Source: Dimorphilus gyrociliatus (Eukaryota; Animalia; Annelida). Taken from it: DNA of 64,000 bases. Below, in pieces: positions 41,251 to 53,235 of this stretch. The DNA lies in the NCBI GenBank assembly GCA_904063045.1, contig CAJFCJ010000016.1, positions 124,001 to 188,000 of the forward strand, in the 5' to 3' direction. Numbering within the stretch: the first letter of the stretch is position 1; each line of letters begins with the position of its first letter. A program made the translations under genes and the position numbers. The notes under the pieces are model-generated. The model searched no databases and was not told the DNA's origin. It saw only the letters and a list, made by a program, of their open reading frames with translations.

Positions 41251-41847
41251 TTGAGAAAAGTTCTGTTCGGAATAGAAGTAAAGAATATGCCTCAAGTAAT
41301 GGGCCATCAACAGAATAAACAAATCGACATAAACGTTCTTCTAACTCGTAGTTTTCAACGTATGGAAAAATGTGGAAGGATTAATAAACTAGCTGAAAAA
41401 AAGTTAAATAATGAAAAAGGTTATATGCTTAAATGTCAAGAACATGTAGAAAAAGTCGTCGATAAACAAGTAGAAGCAGTTGTTGATGAGATAACTCATT
41501 ATGACTTATTGAAGAGTAAACAAGTGAGACCATTGGTTGTTGTTGATAGTGTTATTCAAATACCTAAAATAAAACGGCATAAAGAGAAAGTTAGTGAAGA
41601 ACAGCCAAAAGAAATAAAAGAAAAACCAGGCAATATACAAGGTAAACAAAATGAGTTAATTGCTTTTAAATAGTAAATAATAACATAACAGTAATTAATA
41701 AATTAGGAACATTGGGAGCGTTAAAAGCGGCTTCGAAGTTAAAAAATTCACTAAAAAAACAAATACGGTTAGTGAGAAGTTACTCTTCGGACGATATTAG
41801 TGGGACTACATACAAAAGGAATAACAAGCTAAAAATTGGTTTATAGT
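41251..41847 (+). CDS. Hypothetical lineage-specific K/E/V-rich protein; probable intron 41642-41706
   Basis: 140-codon ORF. Donor CAAG|gtaaac and acceptor aattag|GA continue the frame into TLGALKAASKLKNSLKKQIR...IGL*. No recognisable domain. Confidence 0.35.
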
Positions 41848-42021
41848 AGACAAAAATTTCAATCCTCCCTGCTTTCTCAAGAAAGGAAAACAAAATAATG
41901 ACATAAACAATATAGCTTTACCAGTATTTTACAAGAGTTGAAAAAGTCACTTGATAACTTTTTATTACTTTATTATTAAATATACAATATTTTAAACAGT
42001 TCATTCGGAGTAATTGAATAA

Positions 42022-42771
42022 TTAGTAATTTGCCGCTTCTGCTTTTTCTTTTTCTTCCCGTTTTACTTTTGCTTGGTATTTGCCAGTCATTTCCTTTGGT
42101 ATTACATAGAAACTTGAACAAGGAACTTGACCTGGTACTTCGCATATGCAGTGTTGTTTACAATTTTCGCCAAAGTTAGCTTCGGACACTATAGAGGCTT
42201 TAGTGGATGCTTCTTCTTCTAACATTTGTCTTTAAAAAGTGTATTTGATAAAGAATGTTTCTTAGAATTATACATTTAATAACTTACTCTGATTTCCCAA
42301 AAACTCTTAAAACGTGTTCATATATACTCTCTCTATTTTGGCTATCGCAGTCCACAAGCATCCAGTCTTCGTTATCTATTATTTTACAGTTGTTAAAATG
42401 TATTATTATTCCATGCTATACTGAGTTTCTTCTTGCGATCTCTTTCAACTTACCTATATATGCCCTTATGAAGGGTGTAGGAGTCATCCATTTAAATGTA
42501 TAGAACTCACAATTAGGATTTTTATATTTTAATTGAGCCAAATGCCAGAAAACAAATTCTCTAAAAAAAATTATAGATATTAATAAATTTTTTATTTACT
42601 GATTAACTTAATCGCTTACTCCAGTCCCCTGTGGTGAGGATATTCTATTCCCTTTTTCCTTGAATTAAAATTAAAGGTCATCAGTTTGACGTTGTCGCGT
42701 AATATGATTTTTCCTTTGTCTAAATATTCAGTTGTTCTTCGAACTGCACCTCTTCCTAATTGAAACGGCAT
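42022..42771 (-). CDS. MRPS25: Mitochondrial ribosomal protein S25; 4 exons (42771-42620, 42560-42454, 42375-42288, 42229-42022)
   Basis: Spliced product MPFQLGRGAVRRTTEYLDKGKIILRDNVKLMTFN...EFVFWHLAQLKYKNP...MTPTPFIRAYIDNEDWMLVDC...ANFGENCKQHCICEVPGQVPC...PKEMTGKY matches hallmark MRPS25 motifs. Only the last exon appears in the ORF track. Confidence 0.95.
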
Positions 42772-42886
42772 TCTTAATGACTAATATTTATAAGTTGGAA
42801 AAGTCACGTGTACGAATATAAAGTTTTACACAAAATGTTTGTGAAGTAACCGGTTAGCAAAATAATACGAGGAAACCGGTTCTAGA

Positions 42887-43730
42887 ATGACTAATGTTGG
42901 AGTCTCGGTTTCAAATTTGCTTCCCAGTTTAGGTTTGAAAAAAAAGGACGTTTCAAAGTTTTTATTCAAGATATTAAAGGTTAATACGAATAATAGCGGA
43001 ATTTATGATAATATACAGAATATTCGTTGTAATGTACATTAATTCTTGAAGTATAAAAGAATATTTGGTTGAAATATTATCCCTTGAAAAGGAATAGCGT
43101 AAAAGAGCCTAAGGCTACACTTCTCTACTAACAAAGTATAAAAGTCAAATATTAAAGGCATTCTTAAACTTATATTATTCCAAGAAGTATAAAATAGAAA
43201 GTTTTTCTTTCTTATGTAACTTTTAGAGTAGTATAAGTATGTATTTTCAGATTGAGAAAATTCTAAAAGTAATTGATAGACGATAATGAAAATTAAGAAT
43301 GTGTAGATCTTAGAAAGCACAACGAAGAATGATTTTCGAATTTTCCCCAATTCTTATGTTTCATGTTGCCTTATACGCGAAAAGTCATATGTCGAAGTTT
43401 TTGATATAAATTGTCCAGTTTATAGAGTTTCACTTAATTCACTTGTAATAAATATTCTATTGTTTTACTATGAAAAGCTGTAACCATCCTAATTGAAACT
43501 TGAAAGCAGTAAAAATCTCTTTTGATTTGGATAGTAAATCAAGAAACGAAGCAGAAAGTGAATAATAAAGTATTCTTAAATCGTTATTTTAATGATTTAA
43601 CTATATATTTAAAGGAAATCAAAACTTTTACCTATCGCTCACACCGGAAATAATTTTGCTATTGATATCGAATATAAAGATATGTATATATATATTATTA
43701 CTATTCAAAACTTTTGAATAAATTACTATC
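42887..43730 (+). other. Possible small multi-exon gene divergent from MRPS25; model not resolved
   Basis: ATG 42887 MTNVGVSVSNLLPSLGLKKKDVSKFLFKILK followed by a gt donor, plus a further stop-free segment ILESTTKNDFRIFPNSYVSCCLIREKSYVEVFDINCPVYRVSLNSL. I could not join all pieces in consistent phase. Confidence 0.25.
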
Positions 43731-44980
43731 CCTCTATTAGCTTTTATTATATAATAAGCAGTCAACAACATTTATGAATTGATAAGATATTTTATTCTAT
43801 TTGTTTACTTTATTCAAATAAACATATAATAATATATTTTTTATTAAAAAGGCTTTTAATAAAACAATTCATTCTTTATTTATCTAATAGATATAAAATA
43901 TATAAAAGAATATAGAAAATTTATGTTAAATTCATCATTTTTACTCTTAAAACTTATTTTCAAAAGGCGTAATGATTATCTATAATTTGTGAATGAATGA
44001 ATGAATTGATAGTTGAATCTCTATTGGTTGTCTTATTTTTTTCATTCTACTACTACTAAAGCCAAGATTTTTCTTTCGCTTCTCCAGCGCCATCTTTCTC
44101 CTAAACATGAAAAGAAGAGAAATAGCGATATCTAAATAGAGATATAGAATTTATCCTCAATATTCTTTGTTATAAAACAGTTTCGCCAGAGAGTGAAAAA
44201 AAAGTTCATATTTAATCAAATCCAATAACAAGTGTCACAATATGGAAATAGATATAAATAGATGATTTTCTCTCCTTCTATCTCAATCTCTCTATCTCTC
44301 TATCTTTGTCGTTTTAATATAGCGTTTCATTTTGTATTATTATCTAAATTATTACATTTGAAAGAACATAAATAGACCAAACTAAAACATTTTTATTTAC
44401 TTTATTGAATTTATAAATGTGTTATATATAGTAGAATCTATACATATATTATTTTTAATGTTTCACATCTGATGCTAAATCATTGACTTTAAATTAAAAA
44501 CTTCTGTACTTTTTTATGCTTGTAGCTGATAAACTTCAATGTTCAGTATGTATATATTACTTATATATACAGTATATTCTATATATCTTCTTTGATACTC
44601 TACAATATCTATCTCTGTATCTTTTTATGAGAAAAAAAAAGTACTTAAAATATAGGCCTAATTTTTTTCTATATTATTCTTTTAATAAATATAATGTTTG
44701 TCTTTTTACGTATCACATCAAAGAAATTTTATTCAATTTATACTATAAATAAACAAGATTTTGAATCTTTTAGTATATTTTTTATTATATTGTTTAATTG
44801 TATCTCATGACTCTTTTAGATGAAAGTATCAAATAAAATAAATATAGGATAAATTGGAAAAATGCTAATATTTTTAAATAGACTATTTGCCAAAAATGCA
44901 ATACTACTGTGTATTAAAAAAATAAAGAAATGATATATATCTTTTTTTTGTTTCCCCTATTTATTTCTGCTACCCTTTCT

Positions 44981-45004
44981 CCTCCTCCCCCCCCCCCCCC
45001 GCCC
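44981..45004. repeat. C-rich tract / poly-C run; (CT)n and (CA)-like simple repeats also at ~45459-45530
   Basis: Read directly from the sequence. Confidence 0.85.
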
Positions 45005-45376
45005 ATTTCTTCTCTTTCTTTGTCTATAGAGGCGTATTTTTTGCAGATTTGGCAAAAAGTACCGAGAAGTCTTATAGAAATCTTAAATAATAATTTCCTC
45101 AGTTATATCTTTAGAGAGTAGTTTTCGGTTTCATCATATCCGAATAAATATTCATTAAATAAAGTAAATGAATATGCTAATATTAATCATAATAATACTT
45201 TAAATAAAACCATGTTATTCAAAAGTCATGTTTTTTTTTCCTGCTTTTGTTTATCTTGGAATTAAAAGGAAGAGGGCAGAAAAGACAAAAAGAGAATGAA
45301 TTTGCTTAAATAGCTATCGTTATTTCAGATCCATGGGAAAATTTGAAGATATCGTATAGGCTTTTTCAGAGACCCT

Positions 45377-45385
45377 ATTGCATCA
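45377..45385. promoter_or_regulatory. Amino-acid response element (C/EBP-ATF, TGATGCAAT on minus strand), distal copy
   Basis: Exact ATTGCATCA about 1.8 kb upstream of the SLC7 ATG. Confidence 0.45.
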
Positions 45386-47106
45386 GGCTATTATATTTCA
45401 TGTTTAAGGATAGTTTTCAAATAAAAGGGAAATGTTCACACTTAGTCAACTTATAGCTTTCTCTCTCTCTCTCTCTCGCACGCACGCACATTCACATACG
45501 TACATATGAATGCATACATACATGCCTACACAATACTCATTCAGCCCTCGGTCTATGCTTTTATATAGTCTGCTGAATACACTAGTATATTGACCGAGTT
45601 TAAATTTCTAGACCGAACATGTGTTTAACAATAGCTTCAGGCTTTTTCCAATCAAGAACATGTTGGAATATTTAAAATAATTATCCAACAGCTAATTAGT
45701 ACTCTAAGTTTTTTCTACGAATTCAATTTAAGATATTTAAACAGTTGTAAACAATCTTTCAATTGACAAAATATACTTTTATAGTATTTTTGTAATCGTA
45801 ACAATGTTTTGTAAGTAACAAATATTCTATATTTAACAATTTGTGCTTGAAAAAACAGATGAGGTCACATTCAACAAAGAAATTGAGAGAAGATCCCATC
45901 AAATGAGATATTGACAATGATAAGCGCTTGGTAAAGAATAATCAATATGAGCATATGGTGATTAAAAGGGAATTTAATACAAAATTGTCAATTGTTGAAA
46001 ACCTTATGGCACTTGGAAAGACAGATTTTAAGTTTAAGTACACAAAGTTTTTCGACAAGTTTGTCAGCTTGGAAGGCAGAATTGCTCCAAGTATAAATAA
46101 TCAACAAGAATGGAAAAAAACCCCATAATGAACATGTCCTCTGCGAATAAGATGTTCAATTCCTTATTCGTCTATTCAAAACTATTTTAAAGTGTACGAA
46201 ATAGATAATAATTGTCTATTAAAATATATTGTTAATCTAATATTATACAATAGATATCGTGTTTTTATTATTGTTGTTGTTGTTTATTGCTTGTGATAAT
46301 TTTAATTTTCTTATCATATTGGTTGATTTTCTCTAGATAATAACATTGTCTGTTTTTAGTTAAGTGTTTTTTGCATATAAAGATATACTATATTGGCCTC
46401 TAGTACGAAAGCTACTACGTTGTTTTTTTTATTGATATCATTGTTACTCACTTGTATGGTATTTACTTTATCTGGTTGTTGTTGTTAATGAAAAACTTAT
46501 ATTTTTAATATAATCATATTTTAAAGTTTTTAATTGACCTTTTTATGCATTTCTCTCTTTTTTCCCAATTGATCATCCAGTGTTTAATATTTAAAGTTTT
46601 TTGAAACTTAGAAATAATTATATACTGTAGATATTATAAGGGCCCTGATAATATCGATGACACAATTGTCTATCAGAAACCTCTATTACCGCCATGAACT
46701 ATTAATTGAAACGATTCACATATGGTAATATAAATCGTTCTTGTATACGTCTGCACCGGAAGTAGAAATATTCCTACAATTTATAACCAAGTGATTCAAA
46801 GAGCGATATTTGAAGCTCCCGCCATAAGCTGACTAGAGTTGTTCAGTCGCCTAGCGGTATTTAGTATTACAATAAAACCCACGTGGACGTTTGTTTTTTG
46901 TGAAAGGAGGATTGGACTGCACAGATAAGCGTATCTTTCGAACTGAGCGGGAATTTTGGAGTTCAAAGTACCATTTTAAATTAAAAATTGGTATAAACAA
47001 TCAACATTATTAGACTATTGCGATATCTGGTAAATACTATGTGCTGTATACTTATGTAAATAAATGCTTATGTTTAGCGGCATGTTTTTCAGAAATTAAT
47101 AAGAGT

Positions 47107-47115
47107 ATTGCATCA
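47107..47115. promoter_or_regulatory. Amino-acid response element (C/EBP-ATF), proximal copy
   Basis: Exact ATTGCATCA about 70 nt upstream of the SLC7 ATG. CCACGTGG E-box at 46879-46886 and CCGGAAGT ETS site at ~46756-46763 nearby. Confidence 0.5.
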
Positions 47116-47186
47116 TCATAGTAAACTTAGTCATCCTTCGAATTTTTTCAAGTTTTTTATAATACCTAAATATTATCTAAACGAGA

Positions 47187-50100
47187 ATGTCGGAAACAAG
47201 TAAAGTTCCCGAACTTAACAACCAAGCTTCGCAGGATGAAGGACAAAACGTTGTTCTTAAAAAAAGCTTAAGTCTTTTCAATGGAGTTGGTATTATCGTT
47301 GGAATCATGATCGGATCAGGAATCTTTATTTCACCTAAAGGAGTTTTGAGTGAAGTAGATTCAGTAGGAGCATCACTTATTATTTGGGCTCTCTGCGGTG
47401 TTATATCCCTTTTTGGGGCCCTTTGTTATGCTGAACTCGGCACATCAATAATCAGATCTGGCGCCGATTACGCTTACATTTTTGAAGCCTTTGGCCCATT
47501 ACCAGCATTTTTGTTTTTATGGGTCGCTTTGGTCGTTATAATACCTACTGGAAATGCTATAATAGCATTGGTTTTTGCCGATTATGTCCTTCAGCCCTTG
47601 TTTCCAGACTGTGAGTCTCCTGCTATACCAAGAAGATTTCTAGCGGCACTAGCTATATGTAAGTTCAATTTTCATTGTACCTCTAACACACAATCAAATG
47701 TATAAAACATGAAAATCGTTATGTATTGATAAATGTAAAAGTGTCAATTTATATTTTTTCAGTGCTTTTGACCCTTGTTAACTGCTATAGTGTTAAAGCT
47801 GCAACTAAAGTACAAGACATATTTACTGCTGCAAAACTTATAGCCCTTGTTATGATCATTATCATTGGAATTGTAAAAGTTTGTCAAGGTTAATACTATT
47901 TTTTGCTTTAAAAATTATACATGAAAATTGGTCCTATGTCTCCGTTTACTACTTTAAAGTTTAAAGATGTTAATCTATCTTGTTTTATTTTACAGGAAAC
48001 GTTGGAAATTTCCAAAACGCTTTTTCTGATACAACTACAAACCCTGGCTCTTTCGCAGTGGCATTCTACCACGGGCTATTCTCATATGCCGGATGGTGAG
48101 CAAATTTACGTACTTATTGTCTTGGTATGATTGCCCAGATGAAATCCTATATCTGGGATTGTCTCTTTGTATTTTTTTATGGCACATATTGTAAATTAAG
48201 TACACCTTAGAATAGAATCATTTTTACTTATCTATCACATCACTCTCCAACCGTCTAATCTAGTACCACCAACAATTTACAAGACTGCACCTGGTAATAT
48301 GAAAACTGTATTGTTAGATTACGGGTCGATAAGACTTTATTTCACTACTTCTTTCTTCTTTATTATGCGTTCCTTTAGAAAGTTTTATATTCGATTAATA
48401 ACGAATTAGCTGTTACTATTTCTACATTCTCTTTTTCTCTTATTGAAAAACTTCTTGGAGCAATGTCTACTTTAATTTAATAAATAACGAAGTAAATTTA
48501 GTTAAATACGCAGACAAGATCCTGACTAATTGGCCCTATTTATAAAGAGGAAAAGGGCTCTCGACTTTCGTTTGATTTTCAATTGAAATATTCATAAAAA
48601 TGTTTTTATCAAAATGCGATAACATTATTTTTTATGTAATGTGTAAGATTTTATCAAAATAAACTTATTATCTTTTTATATGATTTTCATAATTTGTATG
48701 TTTAAAATGTGAAATACTAAGAAATATAATATTCTTTTCTAGGAATTACCTAAATTTTGTTACTGAAGAACTCCAGAATCCGGCAAAGTAAGCCATACAT
48801 TCTAATTATAAGGTTAATTTGATAAAATTTCTTTCAATTAGAAATCTACCTCGAGCTATATGGATATCTATGCCCTTAGTTACTGGAATCTATGTCTTGG
48901 CTAACATTGCTTATTTCACTGTTCTAACACCCCAAGATTTGATAGAGTCTAATGCAGTTGCAGTGGTAAGCTTAAACCTTATACTTTTTACAATCCATAA
49001 CATAATATGAATACTTTAAATTTTGCATTGAAATTTTTGTTTTCCTTAGACTTTTGCCGATAGAGTCTTAGGATTTATGTCTTGGATTATGCCTTTATTT
49101 GTGGCTGCTTCAACATTTGGTAGTTTGAATGGTTCAATTTTTACCACAGGAAGGTTAGTGATATTTTATATTGGGATTGAGGATTTTATTAAAGAGGTTT
49201 TATTTGAAACAGATTATTTTTCACTGGAGCTCGAAATGGACACCTACCAGATTTTTTGGCTTTGATCAATCCAAAATTTGCCACTCCAATACCAGCTTTA
49301 CTATTTGTTGTAAGTTGACATCTGTCACGAATATGTAATTTCCTTATATAGCTCGAATTTCCATATGAAACGTGGTCAATAGTGTCATTTCCTAAATTTA
49401 TATAAACATGGCTATCTGTCATATGCGTTATACGCCCCTCTTTTATTACAATAATCTATATCTTAGATTTCATAGGATAAAATTTAATTCTCATCTGTTT
49501 CTCTTGTATTTCAGTGCTTTCTCTCATTAATAATGCTTATCAATGAAAATGTTCATTCACTCATCACATATATGAGTTTTATCGAGTCTGGAACAATAGG
49601 AGCCGCAGTTTTAGGATTATTGGTTATGAGGAAGACTAAACCAAACTTAACAAGACCTATTAAAGTAAGTTTTAGTAAAGTGAGAAGGGGTAGATCAAAG
49701 CAAATGTATACACATTTTATAAGAAAAAGGTATCTTAAACCAATATAAGTCAAGATATGAATGGTTATTTTTTCACCTTTTCAATTCATTTCTATAGAAA
49801 AGGAAAAAGATTTATAGACTTGATTTTAATATCGAAAAAAAAACTATATAAAGAAAATATTCCATAACTATTATATATATAATTACTGTGTATTTGCTTA
49901 ATCTCTTTTTTCTATCACTTAACGTTATTAACTCTCCTCATGTGAAGAACATGTCAAAACTACATCGACTATATCATATTTTTTAGGTGCACCTCTTCTT
50001 TCCCGTATTTTTCCTTATTATTGAAGCTTTTCTCGTTATATTCCCATTCGTCAGCAGTCCTTACGAATGTTTGATTGGGATTTTAATTCTTGCAACAGGT

Positions 50101-50539
50101 TCGTATTATTAATATTTGTCCATCCAAAACATCTTGGAATATCTATACCATACTTTTAAATTCTATTGTATAGATATTGTATAGATGGAAAATAAATCAT
50201 GTAATTCATGTGCAAATATTTGAAAAATTCATAGTGTTAACTTATTAATTATTGTTAGTCTGTTTTATATGGGACCCCTATAAAATCCAGTTTTCTAAAC
50301 TCTTTTACAGGAGTTCCTGTATATTGGCTTGGAGTAATTTGGACATCAAAACCTCGTATAGTACAAAAATATCTCCGTAAGAAATTTCATTTTCTAATAA
50401 ATTATAAAATGCTCAAGCAATTCTATAATGTAAAACAGGTTCATTTACAATTTTGACGCAAAAAATCCTTTATGCACTACCGGAAAATATTGTAGAAGAA
50501 GAACAGGAAATGAAATCTCTAAACCAGAAATCTGATTAA
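47187..50539 (+). CDS. SLC7 heteromeric amino-acid transporter light chain (LAT/y+LAT type); multi-exon
   Basis: [43 protein letters not shown]|[51 protein letters not shown]; stop 50537-50539. Confidence 0.96.
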
Positions 50540-51089
50540 CGATATTAGCAAAATATTAATGTTTTTAGAAGTATTTGATATATTTTAGGTCAATTATGGT
50601 TTTATTTTGCGACTTGTTTGTTTTAAAAAAAAAAGTGAAAAAAAAGCCTTTTTTGTATTAAACATCCTACTTTTTGCTGTGCGTTATTACTATTTTAGTT
50701 TAAGTTCACTGTTTTTCCACAAGCATGAATAATTACTTTGTGTTTGTCTTATCATTAAACAATTAGGTTAGTTGGTTACTTTGCTCTATTCACTATTTCT
50801 TTAAAACATTTTTTTGTGTGCCATTATTATCATTTCCCTATATTTTTCTGACAAATACATTTGTTTTTACATAAAACAAACATTTGAAATTACGATTTTC
50901 CCGCCACAGTTAGTGAGAGTCGCCCTCCACTAGCATTTTCGTTTTATATTACCCGTTTATATTTACATTACCAACGTCCTATTTTCTTTAAACAGAAATT
51001 TCGCTTACAGAACTGGAACGTCCCTTAAATTTTTATCTAGCTGACCCGTACTACATTTGCAAAGTGTTTTTATTACAATAGATACAGCG

Positions 51090-51668
51090 ATGGAGTCAAG
51101 CATAGAAGTGAAATTTTTCGATTTCAAGCTTTTTGGGACACTTCTCTTCTTTCTGGAATTGTATCATTTATTTGGTCACGTATCTGTGCTTTTTCGATTA
51201 AGGTTACTCCCCAGAAAAGACCTTCGGAAAGTACGCTTCTACTTCCTGATTGACCTTTTGACTGTGGCAGCTGTAAACTACCTTTATACACAAAGAAGAA
51301 TGTGGCTAGCTGTCATTCAAAACATTCAACATCTGTTTTTCTTCCTAACCTGGGACAAACACCCTTATTGCAAAAAAGTTATAACATGGAGCTCATTGGA
51401 TTGGCAACGAAGTTTTCATAAGCATAAATGGACACTCGATGTTATATTTGGAACTGGATTCGACGTAGTTGTGCATGGTTCAAACTTATATCTTTTGTCT
51501 TATTACTTAGAGGCAAAAGATATGACGTTAGCTTCACTACTATGCCTAATATCATCGTATTTTGTTCTTGCAAGTTCGAAATTTGCATGGAGCTCTCCCA
51601 CTAGCACTCCCGAATGGGTTGAAAAGAGAATTAAACCAGTAAATGTAGCAGGAACTGATACATTCTAA
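51090..51668 (+). CDS. Uncharacterised intronless multi-pass membrane protein (192 aa from ATG 51090)
   Basis: Clean ORF with several hydrophobic segments and motif-like stretches (ELYHLFGH, QHLFFFLTW, WSSLDW, GTGFDVVVH). Confidence 0.75.
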   Translation: MESSIEVKFFDFKLFGTLLFFLELYHLFGHVSVLFRLRLLPRKDLRKVRFYFLIDLLTVAAVNYLYTQRRMWLAVIQNIQHLFFFLTWDKHPYCKKVITWSSLDWQRSFHKHKWTLDVIFGTGFDVVVHGSNLYLLSYYLEAKDMTLASLLCLISSYFVLASSKFAWSSPTSTPEWVEKRIKPVNVAGTDTF

Positions 51669-52150
51669 GTTCCTGTTAAATCTTGAGTGCAAATCGAACA
51701 TATAACCACTAGTTTGTGATTTGATCTCTATCTGATTTTATGCAAAGATTGAAATTTAATTTTATTGAAGTTTAATATGTTGACTTTTTTAAAGAAATTA
51801 AAATTAACTTTTTCTTGACTATTGAAAACTCCAATTTCTTATATATCGTTTGCTTAAAATATATAGAATACAAGATATCGTTAAACTACACTCTTCGGTC
51901 TGTTTATCGTTAATATATATGTATACGAATCTTTCTCTTACAATCAAATTCATTATTTCTTACGATATGTTTAGGAGCACAATAATTGATTATTGTCGTC
52001 ATCTGAAAAAACTTTTATTCCCATGTTATTATCTCATTAAAAGCTTAAGATATTATTATAACATTTGTTTTTTGAAAGGAATATTGAAAGCTATTGAAGG
52101 TGCGACTTGAAAAAAAATTCAAACAGATTTCACGAGCTGTAAGTTCAGAT

Positions 52151-52744
52151 TTATATTTCTGGGCGATCAGATGGTGGAGCCAATTTGTCGTACTGGATGT
52201 TTGGGCTGTAGAACTTATATTGATCAGTTGGCTTCATCTTTGTCCAGGGTTGCATGTTATTCTTGTGATCCCACGACACATCAGGGTTCTTTAGAGCCAA
52301 TCGAGTCAAATATCCAAAAGCTCCAATGGCACCACCTCCGATAGCAACAAGAAGTGGAATGAGCTGAAAGGACAACATATTTTATTAGGCATTGTTAGTT
52401 GAATAATTTCTAGGAATTGGTTTTTCAGACGTCATCGATACTTTGTAAAAAAAAAGAGGCTTCATAGTTTAGCTATTTTAAGGACTTTTAACACCGGGCT
52501 GTCTGAAATGACCATCTAAAACACACTACAGATCGATTGAACAATTTTGTTCAGCATTCCGAGTTTTGAGGTTGGATTATGAGAGGAAATAGTGAATGAA
52601 TGTCATTAGGTTACTGAACCAAATATCGGATAAACAAGGGATAACCATATAGCGCCCCGATCGTGCACCTTCATTGTAGTAAAAAAAAATTCTTATACTA
52701 ACCGCTGGGTGCTTTTTCAAGCTGTTAGCTGTCAAACCTGGCAT
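52151..52744 (-). CDS. NDUFA4: NDUFA4/COXFA4 (cytochrome c oxidase subunit); 2 exons (52744-52703, 52363-52151)
   Basis: [14 protein letters not shown]|[40 protein letters not shown]...QYKFYSPN. Confidence 0.95.
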
Positions 52745-53021
52745 AAGACGCATTTTGCCTGCTTATTTATCTATCAAGTATACAACGTAAGATTTTACCA
52801 AGGTCTCTTTACCGGATACAAAGGTTTCTGATCTCATTTTCGTATATTTTTTTGCACTTTTACATTTTTCTAAGATAAAAATTTTCAGTTAGGTTTTAGA
52901 CTTTATATTGTAACATTTCTTTTAATTTTATACGAACAATATTTGACAATCTCTAACAAATAACGATGACTTCCGAACGTAACATACTAATACCCAAACG
53001 CAAAAATGTTTACGAATGTTT

Positions 53022-53034
53022 CAAAATGGCTGCC
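53022..53034 (+). promoter_or_regulatory. YY1-like motif (CAAAATGGCTGCC), also a minimal ATG-GCT-GCC-TAA upstream ORF, in the NDUFA4 / annexin-fusion divergent promoter
   Basis: Motif match read from the sequence; a donor-like AG|gtatat follows at ~53054. Confidence 0.35.
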
Positions 53035-53235
53035 TAACAACCAACTAAATTAGGTATATATTTATTATTATATCTTTACTTCAGTTGTTTAAAAGTAAGA
53101 AAAAATAGCAACATTTAGATTAAAGCCATTTTTCTATTGATAGAGAAACTTTGAAGAGATCTTAAGTGCGTAGAAAGACTTTTATTTAAATAATTAAGAG
53201 GAATTGGTAAAAAAGTAACCTTCCAAGATAAAAAT

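Noticed and set aside
44930-45121. ORF with a poly-proline run
   Set aside because: Product of a poly-C/CT simple repeat in AT-rich non-coding DNA; no coding-like composition.
45840-46128. Short ORF (VKNNQYEHMV...) as a gene or transposon fragment
   Set aside because: Interrupted upstream by stops, with no recognisable motif or splice context; cannot be supported.
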